NCBI RefSeq assembly: GCF_009834535.1 | Contig: NC_045698.1 | Location: forward strand, 10,728,001 to 10,792,000 | Direction: 5' to 3' | Length of the DNA stretch: 64,000 nt | Source: Camelus ferus | Lineage: Eukaryota | Part shown: one piece after another, positions 12,796 through 25,530 of the stretch | Layout: every line of letters starts with the position of its first letter | How positions within the stretch are numbered: the first letter of the stretch is position 1 | Made by a program: the position numbers and the translations under genes | The notes under the pieces: model-generated | Databases searched by the model: none | What the model saw: the letters and a program-made list of their open reading frames with translations, nothing else | Told to the model about the DNA's origin: nothing

Positions 12796-13323
12796 ATGAG
12801 CCCAACGAGGGCAGAAATTCACTCCACACCACCGACAGATAGGTCTCTGGCATGTGGTGTCTTCCCAAGTGTTGGCTGGATTTTGATTTATTTACGGTCG
12901 GCAAATTTCCTTCTTGAAACAGTTACACATACATTCTGTGAAGACACAGGGGGTATAGCTTGCAGCTTTATTACTTTATTCCCACCCTCTCTCCAGTGCT
13001 TTGGCAGAAGGACATTAGTGCCAGAAGAGGAAGAAAGGGATCAGGAGACTTAAAATTTGAGTGACTCAAGAAATATATAAATGATGACAAGACCAGAATT
13101 ATAAAAACAAAGATTTATTGGCAGGGTGGTGGTTAGGAAGCCATAGCAGTGTGAGCACAGGAGCCAGTGTGGGTGACGACCGTCGACAGGAGTCAGAGTC
13201 CAGACTCTGGGGAGTGGGACTGCCTTGTGTCTCTCCCTTGCAGCTGGTGAGAGGTGAGGCTGTAAAAAGGGAAATGAGATAAGGAGTGGACTAGTGGAAA
13301 ATTACTGAGGCCTTTGAACAGAC

Positions 13324-13470
13324 GTTAAGAGTGTGGACTTTGGAGTCACGTTGTCTGATTTTGGGTCCAGCTCCCCCTCTTACTAGCTGTGTGACCTCAG
13401 GCAAGCGACTTAAACTCTCTGTGCCTCATTTCCTGAAATTAAAAATCCTGAGGATTAAACAAGTTGATAA
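13324..13470 (+). mobile_element. MIR SINE
   Basis: cttactagctgtgtgacctcaggcaagcgacttaaactctctgtgcctcatttcct. Confidence 0.9.
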
Positions 13471-13779
13471 GATTCATGTCTGCTACTTCTGGGAAGAGGT
13501 ACGTCTGGCATCTAGTTGTAGATGTCCAAGCAGTTGAAGTATTGGTACAAAGTTACGGGGCAGGACAGAGGGTGCCTGGGTAGGGACCGCTGGGCCCTCA
13601 GATAGTCTTCATATCATCAGAGAGAGCTCCAAGATGCTGGCCTCTGGAGGGTCCTGGGGCAATGAGTGAGAAACCCGAGTCTGGGATGCAGAAGCACTCC
13701 CTTCACTAGACTTAGCAGTATTCTCTATCACCTGCCTCCATCCTTGAAATGTAAAGACCTTTTCCTGATTATCAAGGCT

Positions 13780-14220
13780 CTATATAGCAGCGCTGTTTGT
13801 AATGGCTAAAAACTGGAAACAACCTAAATGTCTATCAATAAGGGAAGAGATTAATTAATTGTGGTTTATTTGATGAATACTCTACAGCAGTTAAAACAAA
13901 TGATTTGGTTCAATACATAGCAACCTGAACGGCTCTCAGAAATCTAATGTCAGTGAAAAAAGTAAGTTGCATTGTGATAAAATTTATATAAATTTTGCAG
14001 AACACATTGTAGGATGTTTATGAAAGCATAATATATAGAAATGTGTACAAACACAGGCTAGATGGACACAATCTCAGGAAGAGAGGGGTCTGGAACTTGA
14101 ACAAAGTGGACTCAAATTTCATCTAGAACATTCTGTCTCTTCATTAAATATTTGAAGCAAAAACTACAGTTAATTTTGGATGGAGTCTCCATTATTTTCC
14201 TGTACTTTCTTCTATTTTAA
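13780..14220 (+). mobile_element. old L1ME-type 3' fragment
   Basis: atagcagcgctgtttgtaatggctaaaaactggaaacaacctaaatgtctatcaata...gaatactctacagcagttaaaa. Confidence 0.8.
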
Positions 14221-14229
14221 AAAATCTTT

Positions 14230-14705
14230 TCATGCCCATTGTAGAAAATAAAGTATATAAAAAGCAAATAACTAGAATTTAGGTGTAATCACTATTGCTA
14301 TTTTGTCCTATCATAATGTGTGTGTAGAGGTATATTTGAAATTACACTGTATATGCAGTTTTGTAAAATGCTTTTTAAACTTGATGTATTATATTTTCCT
14401 ATGTCATAAAGTGTTCTTTACAGATACGATTTTCAGTGGCTGAAAAATAGTTTATCTTCTGCACATACTACAATTATTCCATCATCATTTTTCCATAATT
14501 GGATCTATAAACTATTTCTGACTTTTTGTCACTGTAAATAACGAGGCTGTGAACACTGTATATTTCTGATTATTCTGTTAAGATACATTTCTAGGAATAG
14601 ATTTATAGGTTCAAAATTTGTGGGCATTTTTAGGGCTATTGATACACATTGACAAATTGATTTCTGAAAGACTGAAACAGCAGACACTCCCTCCAGTCGT
14701 GTGTG
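14230..14705 (-). mobile_element. old L1ME-type fragment
   Basis: tttttgtcactgtaaataacgaggctgtgaacac...agatacatttctaggaatagatttataggttcaaa...gatacacattgacaaattg. Confidence 0.7.
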
Positions 14706-15489
14706 TATGGGATACTTGCTGATTTTAAGGTCCGTTACTCGGATAAAACTCCTAAGTTACCCCACCTCTTCTGCAATTTTGTTTTCCTGGTCCTCCAGGC
14801 CTATTTTCTTTTGTATTTCCTCTCGCGGTCGTTTAGACCTCAGGAAGAGAGTGGCTTCTGGCTGGAAGACAGGCAGGGTGGGTGATTCCCCTAATATTTG
14901 CTCCTGTGGGAACCTCACGGCCAACCTCCTCCATCCGATGAATGCAGTCACTTCCAGTCATTAGGTTGAGGGCCAGTCTGATTCCTGCTCAGCACCTCCC
15001 ACTCTGTGGCTGACACGCACCGCAGTCTGCCTTCAGGGAGGAAGGACAACCTGTTATTTTGCAGTTGTGCTGTCTTCTGTCAATAGCAAGCCAGTGACAC
15101 TACCCTCAGCAAAAACGCAGGTTCACCCTAAGTGGCTGTTCCTTTCAAAACGGGATAACTCAGCCCTGACGTCTGCTGTGACTGGCAAGAATCCCTTCCA
15201 TATGGGAACACCTCTCTGTATCCGAAACTGGGTCTAGTCATGGGGCTCCTGATGGGTAGCACATGGTTCAGCAGAAGAATGAATGGTCTAGTCCTGGCCT
15301 GTTCACTGGTGTGTAACATGTGTTTGTCGCAGCCCACATGTTCACTTTCAGGATATTTGTAGACATAAGCCCCAACTGTTTTCAGAGCCTCCCACCTTGT
15401 GATACTTACTGTGTTGCTTTAAACTTACACTGATATAAAACAGAAATGAACTGCACACTCCACTGTCACTATAGGATGTCATACATTCT

Positions 15490-16263
15490 AAAGTAAAAAA
15501 AAGTAGCTGCCTCCCACTGCTCTTAGGGTAGGTAAATAGCCACATCCCCATCGTGACCCACAACCTGTCTGGTCTCATTACACATGAACATCTTTGACCT
15601 TCTTTCTGGATCTCAAACACAGCAGGGCCTTTGCACATGCAATCTCTATTGTCTAAAATAGTCTGATGTTCCTGGATTATCATAGACCCAGCATGTCCCA
15701 CCCAGGGCCCTCCTTTACCCAGTCTTAGTGGAATCCTTTAGATGAGCTCAGAAATAAAATCTTCAGGAAAGTGGCTGTCCCTGATACCCCAGACTCCATC
15801 TGGACCCTCTGACGAATGTCCTCATAACATGTTTTTGTTTGTGATGGTTTGTGGTTTGCAATATACTGTTTATCTGTGTCGTCCTTTTCTTTTTTCTTTT
15901 TTCATTGAAGTACAGCCGATTTGCAATATAATTTCTGGTGCATAGCAGTTACACCTGTATACATATATTCCTTTTCATATTCTTTTTCATCATAGGTTAC
16001 TACAAGATATCGAATATAGTTCCCTGGGCGATGCAGTAAGATCTTGTTTATTTATCTATTTTATATATAGTACTTAGTATCTGCTAATCCCGAACTCCCA
16101 ACCTCCACCCCCCTGAGTCATTATTGTTTGATGTCTATCTCTCCTATTTGTCTTTTGTGCTCCACAGGCAAAGAGGTGGCTTTTCTTACCACTGGAAGTA
16201 TGATGGCCAGCACAACGTGGGGTAGACAGGTGCTGAATGACTGCTTGTCAAATGAATAAATGG
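15490..16263 (+). mobile_element. L2 3' portion interrupted by a young L1
   Basis: cagggcctttgcacatgc. Resumes after 16113 and ends ggtgctgaatgactgcttgtcaaatgaataaatgg. Confidence 0.7.
15884..16112 (-). mobile_element. young L1 3' UTR fragment
   Basis: T-tail + attgaagtacagccgatttgcaat...ggttactacaagatatcgaatatagttccctg. Confidence 0.9.
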
Positions 16264-16429
16264 AGGCCGACATCACACTGCTGATGGCTTGGTTGGTTAG
16301 TGCAGTGGCTGAGTATCCCCATTGTCAGTTTCCTTGCAAGGGGATGAACTATTTCTTATACTATAGAAGACAGCCACTCAGGGTAGAGCCTTTAAGATGA
16401 ATGGGCAGGTTTTCTCACCTGCTTTTTTA

Positions 16430-16790
16430 CCTGTTAGTGATGGGACCTTGTTCCTACTTTTGCCTCAGTCTCATTTAAGTATGGGGACAATATCTTCACT
16501 TTTCTTCCATCCTAAGATACCATTATTGAATAACATCATTTAATAATAACTTTTCACTGGAAAAACCCAAATATACTGGAAAAAAAAAAAAAGCAGCATT
16601 GTTCCCACATTAAGTATATAAGTATAAAACTCAATCCTGGATTCGTTAACATGTTAAAAAAAAAGACATCTTTTAGAATTTAGACGAAATTTGGCAATCC
16701 TACCACACAGGCTAGTTAAGACTATTAAAATAGATGAATACATGTTAAGTGTATTGCTAAGTGTCTGGCACATGGTTCAATAAAATATTA
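16430..16790 (+). mobile_element. MIR split by a probable Tc2-type (MER104/Kanga-like) DNA element at about 16500-16697
   Basis: MIR halves tgcctcagtctcatttaagtatggggacaat and cctaccacacaggctagttaagactattaaaatagatgaatacatg flank a segment ending cttttagaatttagacgaaatttgg. Confidence 0.5.
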
Positions 16791-16985
16791 TAATAATTAT
16801 AATATAATATATAATATAAAATACATAACATAATATGAAATAATATAATATTATAACATAATATTATATGTAACATATTATATATAATACATATTATATT
16901 ATGCATTATATTCTACATAATACATATATTACATAGAATATCATATTATAAATAATATGACATTATATATATATAATATTATAAA
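16781..16985. repeat. AT-rich low-complexity (TAATA/TA)n tract
   Basis: about 200 bp of almost only A/T, degenerate pentamer-like. Confidence 0.9.
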
Positions 16986-17088
16986 GTTTCTTACTATTTT
17001 TATTGTCATTTTACTTTGAGAGGATTAACTTGATTTTAGCCTGTGGCTTGTATATCTTCAAGGACATTGAAGGGCCCATGTCTTTGTC

Positions 17089-17555
17089 TGGGAGGAAGAA
17101 ATTTCCTTTACCCTTCTAAGGTTCTTCTGTCTGGCCTAAGAATTAAATTGGCATGAGACAGATTAACAGGAGAGAATCAAACAAAATTTAATAACATGTA
17201 TATAAGGGAGAGACTTGGGAAAACTAACTCACTGAAACAGCCAAGTCCCTCACCTTAAATACCATCCTCAGCTACAAGCAAAGGAGGATGTTGCAGGTGC
17301 GGAGAGCCAGGGACAGCACAGTCAACAAGGGTGGGGTTGCTATGCAGATCTGTCTCTAGAGATCGGGTCATTCTTCTCTTCTGCTAGCAGTGAGGGAGAC
17401 ACCCTGCCACATGGAGAGTTCCCTTACAAAGGTAAATATTTCTTATAAAACAGTAACTTCGACTCGGTTTGCAGGGTTTTCCCCATGTTTGCTGTTTCTT
17501 AGAAAATAACCAAAGAGACATATTTAAGGGTGGCAAATTCTGCTTGCCTATGCCA
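17089..17555 (-). mobile_element. ERV1-class solo LTR
   Basis: TG...CA termini. aattaaattggcatgagacagattaacaggag and the terminal ccaaagagacatatttaagggtggcaaattctg are typical of MER4/MER41-group LTR reverse strands. Confidence 0.7.
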
Positions 17556-18404
17556 TCTATTTCTTTATGAATTCAATTTGCGCTAGCATTTGGTAAGGCA
17601 CCCTGAACACACAGCAGACAGGCATCAACAGTGTAGATAACAGAGGAATTCAAACCATGAAGACCAAAGCTGTTTCCGACCTTGCCTCCTACGGGATCTT
17701 GAATGAAGGGAAAGCAGTGTGGGCCTCTGGTCTTCCTCTGGCTGCAGGCACTCAGAACCCAGCTCCTTTCTTAAAGAAAAGCTCCTGTTGGGCGGGCCTG
17801 CATCTGCTGTTGTGGTCAGGATGTTACTGTTGTCTTTTCTGTGTTTTCACAAAATAACATCGGGGCATGTCTATTCCAAGAAATCACTGTTGGGCATTTC
17901 CGGTCCCACGGCCACCCCCTGGCCCAGGCCTTCATTACCTCTTGCTTGTCCCCTCGTAGTCACCTCCCACCAACCTCCAGACTTTCCTCCCTGCAACCCA
18001 TCCAGGTTAACTCAGTTCAGCACCAACAAGCAACCTGCTGTCCCTGGAGTCATCCGTCTCAGTTAGGGATGTGCTCTTCTCACTCCCCGTGAGTGTCTGG
18101 CTAAGCAGGAAAAGCTCATGGTCATGTAAAGCGTTATTCTTACTAACATTTGGGGAATAAAGTCACCCCTCTTGGTTAGCCTGGTGTACGAAGCTGTCAC
18201 AAGTCAGTGCCTTCTAACTTCCCAGACTTTCTTCTGTTCAGCCCTGCTTTGTTCCTGATTCCCTGCCAATCGCATCCGTCAGTATCCTCCGCTTTCTGGC
18301 CTAATCTCCCTCACTGACCTCCCTGAGCACAGCCTGGGCTTATCCTGCAGGACTCGACTCCAAGTTTCTAGCTGGGGGTGTAGTCAGACATGCACGCATC
18401 TGGT

Positions 18405-18510
18405 TTCCCTTCTAGACTGGAAACTCCTTGAAAGTAGGAACTCCACCTTACTTCTCCTTATACTGTAGTTTTTACAAATAGTACACATAAAATAAGTAAA
18501 TTATTTTTTG
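18405..18510 (+). mobile_element. L2 3' end fragment
   Basis: ctagactggaaactccttgaaagtaggaac. Confidence 0.6.
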
Positions 18511-18838
18511 GTTACTGAAACATCAAAAGGAACAGTAATTAGATGTCCTGTATGTGTCACAGTAACTCTGCCTGCAAGAGAGAAAAGGTGCCCAGTGAAG
18601 GCATCTTTCTTTTGCAAGTAATTTTCTTCTTTCGTGTGTTCTTCCTCTGAACTAATGTGATGGTGCAGAGGGGCTTTTCCTTTCTTTGACGTGCAGAGAG
18701 AGGTCTAAGCTGACAGATGATATTTTAGCTATGCATTCATTCATGCATGGATCCCCTGCTCAGAATGCAGCCAGTATACATTGTTAAACTGACACCAGTG
18801 CTTTACTGTATGAATGGTGGGTTGAATTCAGATAGGAG

Positions 18839-19328
18839 TGTTACCCAACCAAACTTGGGTCTGCTTGGCCACGCAGTAAAGCTAATCCACCGACACCGGG
18901 TTATGGCAAAGGAAAGGGCAGCATTTACTGTGAAGCTCCAGGCAAGGAATCTGGGCAGCATTAATGCTCAAAAACCCAAACTCTCTGATGGGTTTCAGGA
19001 AAGCATTTTTAAAGGCCAGGTGAGGGAAGGAAGTCAAAGGGTATGTGATCAGCTAGGGCACGTCTCTGATTGGTTGATGGTGAGATAACAGGGTGGGGGT
19101 CACAGGGGCTGACGTTATCAATCCTTGGGCTCCAGTAGGTTTGGGGACTATGCGCTCATGGTCATCAAGTAGTTAACATCTTCCATTTGGTGGAGGTTTT
19201 AGCGTCTGTAAAACAACTCAGGAAATGTGCATTGGGTACTGTTACCTACTTCAGAGAGGAACTAAAGCAGAGGACATGGGGGCAGGGGTCTGTCCCAGGA
19301 AGCCCCCATAGAGTCCTGCTCAGTTACC
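18839..19328 (-). mobile_element. ERV1-class solo LTR (cetartiodactyl type)
   Basis: Starts tgttacccaaccaaac, ends cctgctcagttacc. Reverse CCAAT (ctgattggtt) and a TATA-like tttttaaagg. Near 4-bp TSD ggag/tgag. Confidence 0.8.
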
Positions 19329-19678
19329 TGAGGACCAGGAGCTGAAGATGGGATCAGTGACCTGGATTGAAGGCACAGCTGGGCAAGGTCACCCCTCCCC
19401 CCATCTGCCCGCTCCTTAGCTGCGGCTCCCAGAGCAGAGTAGCCACTGAACATTCTCATCCTTAAGAGCTGGGCTGATGCTACCAGCTTTCAAGAAACAG
19501 GTGTCACAGAGAATTATTCTAAGCCAACGACACTGTGATACCTAATGATGGATTCTTGATGGCATAGGGCACCCCACCAAAATAATTCTGTACACAACAT
19601 AGCCTATTGGTTTTCCATATCGTGTTTTATGGCTCCCTTGACTTTTAGGTGTTCTTTTGCGAGTAATGACTTGTTGCC

Positions 19679-20145
19679 TGTGTGGACTGAAAAACACACA
19701 CACACAATGTGAGAGCAGTGAGTTTCAGTTTTATTCAGGGACCTAACTGAGAACTACAACACAGGAGACAGCCTCTCAGATAGCTCTGAGGAACTGCTCC
19801 AGAGAACTAGGGGAAGAGTCAGTGTAAATATGATTTTTTTTTTTTTGGGAAGCACATGTAGTCAAACATCAAATGAAGACTGCTAGTCACAAAGAACAGA
19901 TATCTCAATGAATGATTTTCGTGTTTTTCTGTGTATGGGAAGATGCAAAAATCTGAGGTTATTGAAATTCTTCCTTAGAGGTGCATCTTGACTACCTAGG
20001 GGCCCATTTATCCAAAGCACAGAGGGGTTCATCCTGTTTTTTTCCACCTTGAATTCCCCTTAGAGAGCGCACTGTCCTGGGTGATGCAATGGGTTGCAAC
20101 TTAAGCTTTTGTAATAAGGGGCTGATGAGTGGCACTCTTTGTTTT
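19679..20145 (-). mobile_element. MER41-like ERV1 solo LTR
   Basis: gttttattc (reverse AATAAA), ggagacagcctctcagatagctctgaggaactgctcc and tgtatgggaagatgcaaaaatctg resemble cetartiodactyl MER41-type LTRs. Confidence 0.75.
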
Positions 20146-23100
20146 TTTGTTTTTATTTTAAATTGTGTACATATTTTACAATTGTGTGCAGGATATAATT
20201 TCTAAATCCAGTCTCTTTTCTTTTTCAGTCACTGATGACATTCATGTCTTTATTGTATGGCAGATATGTCCGTATCAACAGGCTCTGAACAATAAAGTCA
20301 ACAAGATGGTTTTCCAGATGGACAGATGATTTTCTGGTTGCTTTTAATTACTGAAAAGTTAAAACAGCAATTCTGAATGAGCCAAAAAAGAGCTGAAAAG
20401 CCCCAGTAAATGTTAGAATAGGCTCAGGCGTCCAAGAATGTGGATTCCAAGCTCCATCGGAGTTGACTGAACTTGGTGATCTTGAGCACACAATTTCTTC
20501 TCTCGTTACTGGACTCTCCAGCTATAGAACAGAGACATTGCTGACAGTACCCTCCCCCACACCTCATCCCTCAAGGATGTGAACACAATGTATGGAAATA
20601 TATCCTCAGACTAAAAGGTCACACGTATGTTTGAATTAAGTAGTGAGCCTAAGATGTTTTTAGGTGCTGGTATTTCTATGTAGATCCCTTATAAAAAAGG
20701 TGCATCTCGGTGACAGGTGGCAAGTTGCTCATCTGTCATAAACTAGTCCATAAAAACCATTTATCTTTCCCTCCTTCTCTGCATTATCATCTTTATTTTC
20801 AGGTGCTGCTGAAATGCCTTGTTTTCAATAACAGACATAATCTGAGAGGTCATTCTGTCTGTGTGTTCCATGTCACCCCACCCCCTTTGAGCTACGAGCC
20901 AGTCCCCAGTGTTGAGGGTGAGCCTCCCTCCACAGTGCTGGCCTCCTGGGTAACGGTCAACCACAGAACTGTTCCAGGGCATGAGTTACTGAGGCAAGGT
21001 GCCCCTGAATCTCATTTTTCTTGCTTTATTTTAACCAGATGTTAATAGCAACTGATGGGAGAGTGACCTGTCATCAAGCTTTGGGAAATTTCTTAGGTAG
21101 AAGATGTTCAATGAGAAATGTCACTCTCCAGCAATTTCAGAGTCTTGTGATTTTTATTTTGCCTTAAGGATTTTTATAAACCCATTACTTTCCTATAAAA
21201 GACTTTCAACTGAAATAATACATTTTTCATCATATCGTTACTTTCATTGCTGCAGACTCTAAAATACTTGAAAAAATATTTTAAACTCCTATTCAAGGAC
21301 CATTTTCACCATTGTGAAATTGACATAGGGTGATATACAGTGACAATTTTAATACCTTACTGCCATAGTAATAAAATCTTGATGTAGTAAGAAAAGAAAA
21401 GATCCTGTTATTTTAATAATATGACAATGCTCTTTTAGAAATGCTGAATAATCACTCTGGCTGGAGTTGGGAGAGGCAAGGGCATTCCATTATTTGAAGA
21501 GCATCACATGGTGCCTAATGACTTACTTAGAGAAAGTGTGAGCGTACTTTCTGTCTTATTGAAAAGGTACGCCTCCTTCAGATTGGCTTTGTGAGAATGA
21601 TCCTTTCTCATCATTTTCATGAAAGACATCGGCTTTAGGGTGGCTATCACATAATCACTGGTGGCGTATTACATATGAATCCCTTACCCCTAGATGGTGA
21701 AGCTCATCTTTGAAGGCTTGCAACCTTAGCTACTCAAAGGTCTCTTAATCCATTGGAACTGCCAATGTTGGCAGTGATCTGCAGGCTTATATAGCTTTGC
21801 GCTTTGCATACTGCTCTAGTCTGGATAAAATGCTACCATCACTCAAAATAATACTTTGTAGAATTTCAGAATCTTTTATGAAAAGTTTCGTAGGAGGTAA
21901 TTTTTTAGTCTTACTTGTAAAATGAGAAAACTACATTGTTAAAAAAAAGTCTCCATAAAGGATTGTTCCAGCAAAATGAGATTTCCTAGAACTGATGTAT
22001 TTTTACTTCAAAATAGTTGATAAGCTTATGTTTAATTTTTCCTTCTCCCCTTCACAGGAAGGACTTCCTGAATATTAATCATATTTTAGGCACACATGGT
22101 TATTTTATTCCTAAGGTGTCAGTGTCTGAAACAATCCGTTTCAATATATAAAGGAAATTTCCTCCAGCTGGAGCAAAATAGGGTTAAGTTATTTGCTTTA
22201 GATTCTAGTAAATTTCATGGTAATTGTGTCACCGAAATGCTTAGAGTCTTACGTTTTTATCACATATTTTAGCAAAGGATTCACATTTGTCTTGGTATTA
22301 TTGCCCAACTGGTACATGTTCTGCCCTGCTAGTAAGGTATTTGGTGGCTAATGGGTCAGGAGAACACCTTGAAATTCCTTTGCAAGTTGCCTCTCTGCAT
22401 GCGGTGGGGAGGGCTGGGAGAGCCCAATGCTTTCACCACAGGAAACATGCCCGCCATCTGGAACCGACACGGAATGCCTGTCAGCATCCATTGCGTCACA
22501 GATGTGTTGCCACTTTTGAAAACAAATACACAAAGAAACACTGTGACACACATGTAATGGAATATAGGTGTGTCAAGCGGGACACACCTTTCAAAGATTC
22601 CTGGGTTCATATTTCTAGTTGTATTACAACTTATTTTTTTGAGGTATGGGGATGAACAGTTATTGAGTGACAGAAAAATTATCCTGTGAATGACATCATT
22701 CATACGAAAGCTTGCTAACACCTGGTGATAACTTCTTTAGGTTTCTTCACTTTTTAAAGATCCCTTTCTTACCAATATTCTGCATTTGTGAGACAGCAAG
22801 ACTTCCAGGAGTCTAGTCTGTGGCAGCATTTCCTTAACTGATTCTTCTTCTTGGAACTTGAATGTCTCACAAAATTCAATAGTTATTTCATGAAAAAATG
22901 GATTTTCCTGGGTAGGTTAGTCAGGGTTCTCCAGAGAAACAGAAGTGATGGATGTGTATATAAATAGAAAGAGATTTATTGGCTCACGTGATTAAGGAGA
23001 CTGACAAGCCCCAAATCTGCAATGTGGACCGGCAGACTTGAGACCCACGTGAGCTGATGGTGCAGGTGAAGTGTGAAGGCATTTTGCTGGAAAATTCCCT

Positions 23101-23710
23101 CTTGCTTGCTGAGGAATGCTGGTCTTTTTTGTTCTATTCAGACCTTCAACTGATTGGATGAGGCCCACCCACATTGTGGAGGTGAATCTGCTCTGTTCAA
23201 AATTTACCAGTTTAACTACTAACCTCTTCCAAAACATCCTCCAAGCTGACAAATAAACTTAACCATCACACGTCCACCCCTTGTCAACCTGGCACCCATG
23301 TGCATCTCTAAATCACAGATAAGGAGATAAGAGAGGAGAATGCAGACATTTGCTTTTACAAACACACACACACACACACACACATTTATAACAAAATAAT
23401 GTGAACAACTCATGACATTTGCAGCTCTCATTTCTGTAACTGGCCACATACGTGGTAGATGTTCGTATTCATAACTACTTTCCCCCGCTACCCATCCTGT
23501 ATTCCCTCTGCCTTCAGCGAGTGCCTCTGTTGGTTGTGGTTCTGTCTCTGGTGGGGGTGAGCCAATGCTCCACTCCTGAAGGATCTAGGCCATTAGGAGT
23601 TCTACCTTAATTGGGATGCTACAGATTTTCAGTGACCTTAATCACAGGGTGTGGTTAAACTAAGAGAAACCTTAAGAAATCTCCTTCATTCCAGGCATCC
23701 TCTTCCTTAG

Positions 23711-23903
23711 CAGCCCAATTTCTTCTGGCAGTCAGGATCAATCACTCTAGATGGCAGACTAATTCCCTTCTTTGCCTATTGATTCAGAGGCATGAAGAGC
23801 CCAAAGGGGCGGGTGGCAGTCTTCACTTCCGGTTCAGTGGAATCATTCCTGTGCCTTCTGGTGGAAGCATTCCTCTCTTTGGAACTGAGGCCTCTAGGCC
23901 TGC
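23711..23903 (-). pseudogene. ERVL dUTPase remnant
   Basis: Manual translation GLEASVPKRGMLPPEGTGMIPLNRK*RLPP/FGLFMPLNQ*AKKGISLPSRVIDPD has the dUTPase motif-3-like VIDPD, with stops and a frameshift. Confidence 0.8.
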
Positions 23904-24151
23904 TCGCCTAGAGTATAAGGTCATGAAGACAGGATGCAAAAACTTCCCAAGTGGGTTGCAAGTGGTAATAGTGGTAATAGTGAGTGATGCCACTCCAGTT
24001 TCTACCCATTGATTCCTGGACCCATGAATCTTATCAGAGAAATAGCACCGTATGTTGGATACTGACTCAAAGCAAATTCAGTACAGCCTCCTGGAGAACC
24101 TTGCCCCAGCCCTGCAAGGTGTTGCCAACTAGCTGGCACTGTAACTAGGTA

Positions 24152-24381
24152 TTTTTTTAAATTGAGATATAGTTGATTTATAATATTAATTTCAGGTATA
24201 CAACATAGTAATTCAAATTTTTAAATGATTATACTCCATTTAAAGTTTTTATAAAATATTGGCTATATTCCCTGTACTGCACAATATATCCCTGTAGCTT
24301 ATTTACTTTATACACAGAAGTTTGTACCCCTTAATCCCCTCCCCCTTCCCTCTCTCCACTAGTAACCACTAATTTTTCTCT
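24152..24381 (-). mobile_element. L1 3' end inserted into the ERVL integrase
   Basis: aattgagatatagttgatttataatatt...ttccctgtactgcacaat. Duplicated tgtaact at 24140-24146 and 24382-24388. Confidence 0.85.
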
Positions 24382-24730
24382 TGTAACTGAGCCTTCAAAA
24401 GGCCATCCCACCATTCTATTAAGCCATCTGCTTCAGGATGATGGGGAACATGGTAAGGCCAGTGAATTCTACAAGCATGAGCCCATTACCTCACTTCATT
24501 TGCTGTGAAGTGAGTTCCTCAATCAGAAGTGATGCTGTGTGGATATCACACTGGCAGATAAAGCACTGTGTAAGTTCATGGATGGTAGTATTGGCAGAAG
24601 CACTGCATGCCAGGATGACAAATCCATATCCAGAGAAAGTGTCTATTTCACTAAGAAAAAAATGCTGCCCCTTCCATGGTGGAATCGGTCCAATGTAACC
24701 AACTTGCCACTAGTGGCTGGCTTATCACTC
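24382..24730 (-). pseudogene. ERVL integrase core remnant
   Basis: Manual translation WQVGYIGPIPPWKGQ...SD*GTHFT...YHVPHHPEADGLIEWWDGLLKAQLQ matches ERVL IN (WQVDYIGP...SDQGTHFT...PHHPEAAGLIERWNGLLK). First catalytic D is lost and there is an in-frame stop. Confidence 0.9.
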
Positions 24731-25189
24731 TGATTCTGGTACCATAATTTGTATTAGTTGGAGGAATACAGTTGATAGAATGGAGAGAGAGAGAGACAGA
24801 GAGAGATTTGTGATAGGAATGAGCTCATGTAATTATAAAGGCTGACAGGTCCAAAATCTACATTATGGCCTGGCAGCCTGAGATCCAGGAGAACAGATGA
24901 TGCAGTTGCAGTCTGAAGGCTGGAGACTAAGGAGAGCCAATGATGCAGATGAATCCTGAAGGCATTCTGCTAGAGAGTTCCTTCTTGCTCAGAGAGGCCA
25001 GTCTTTTTCTTCTATTCAGGCCATCAACTGATTGGATGAGGCCCACCATATTATTGAGGGCAATCTGCTTTACTCGAAGTTCAACAATTTAAATGTTAAT
25101 CTCATCCAAAAATACCCTCCAACTTAACCATCACGCTGGAAAAAAAGTGGGAGGAAGGAACCCTGCATGTTACAGCTCCCCTGTGGAGG

Positions 25190-25390
25190 GAGAATCACAA
25201 TACCCATGAACAGAAACGCCCTGAGAAGTCCTGCAGTGAAGGTGCTTTTTCACATTTGTATAACCCTGTCTTGCTTAAACTTATTTGCTAATAGGAACTA
25301 ACCTCCCCCTCTACTTCTTTTTGTGTGAAAGTGTATTGTCATCTTGCTGGATACCAGTGTCTAGAGAAACACAATTAGGTAAAATGCTAG
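25190..25390. mobile_element. hAT-Charlie-like DNA transposon remnant; a probable other half lies at about 22824-22910
   Basis: ctgagaagtcctgcagtgaag...aaacttatttg...gaaacacaattaggtaaaatgct. Confidence 0.45.
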
Positions 25391-25530
25391 TCTATAGAAT
25401 GGTGTCAATTTAAGTTAACTAGCTCATTTGGGGATTAAATTGGTGATTTCCACTTCACTACCTGGCTTCATTAACTGACTCTGGTAACCTAAAAGGGTAT
25501 TTATGCATTTGATTTGTTGGGAGATTAACA

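Larger units (their letters stand above)
22913..25135 (-). mobile_element. internally deleted ERVL provirus with two MLT2(C-like) LTRs
   Basis: 3' LTR 22913-23270; PPT (reverse of cgtccacccctt) 23271-23282; PBS-like tggtaccag 24736-24744; 5' LTR 24750-25135; 5-bp TSD ctggg/ctgga at 22908-22912 and 25136-25140. Confidence 0.9.

Noticed and set aside
19679..20145. STAT1/GAS enhancer in the MER41-like LTR
   Set aside because: A manual scan found no TTCNNNGAA motif in this copy.
23744..23758. CTCF-like ctctagatggcag
   Set aside because: Only a partial match, and it lies within the decayed ERVL dUTPase.
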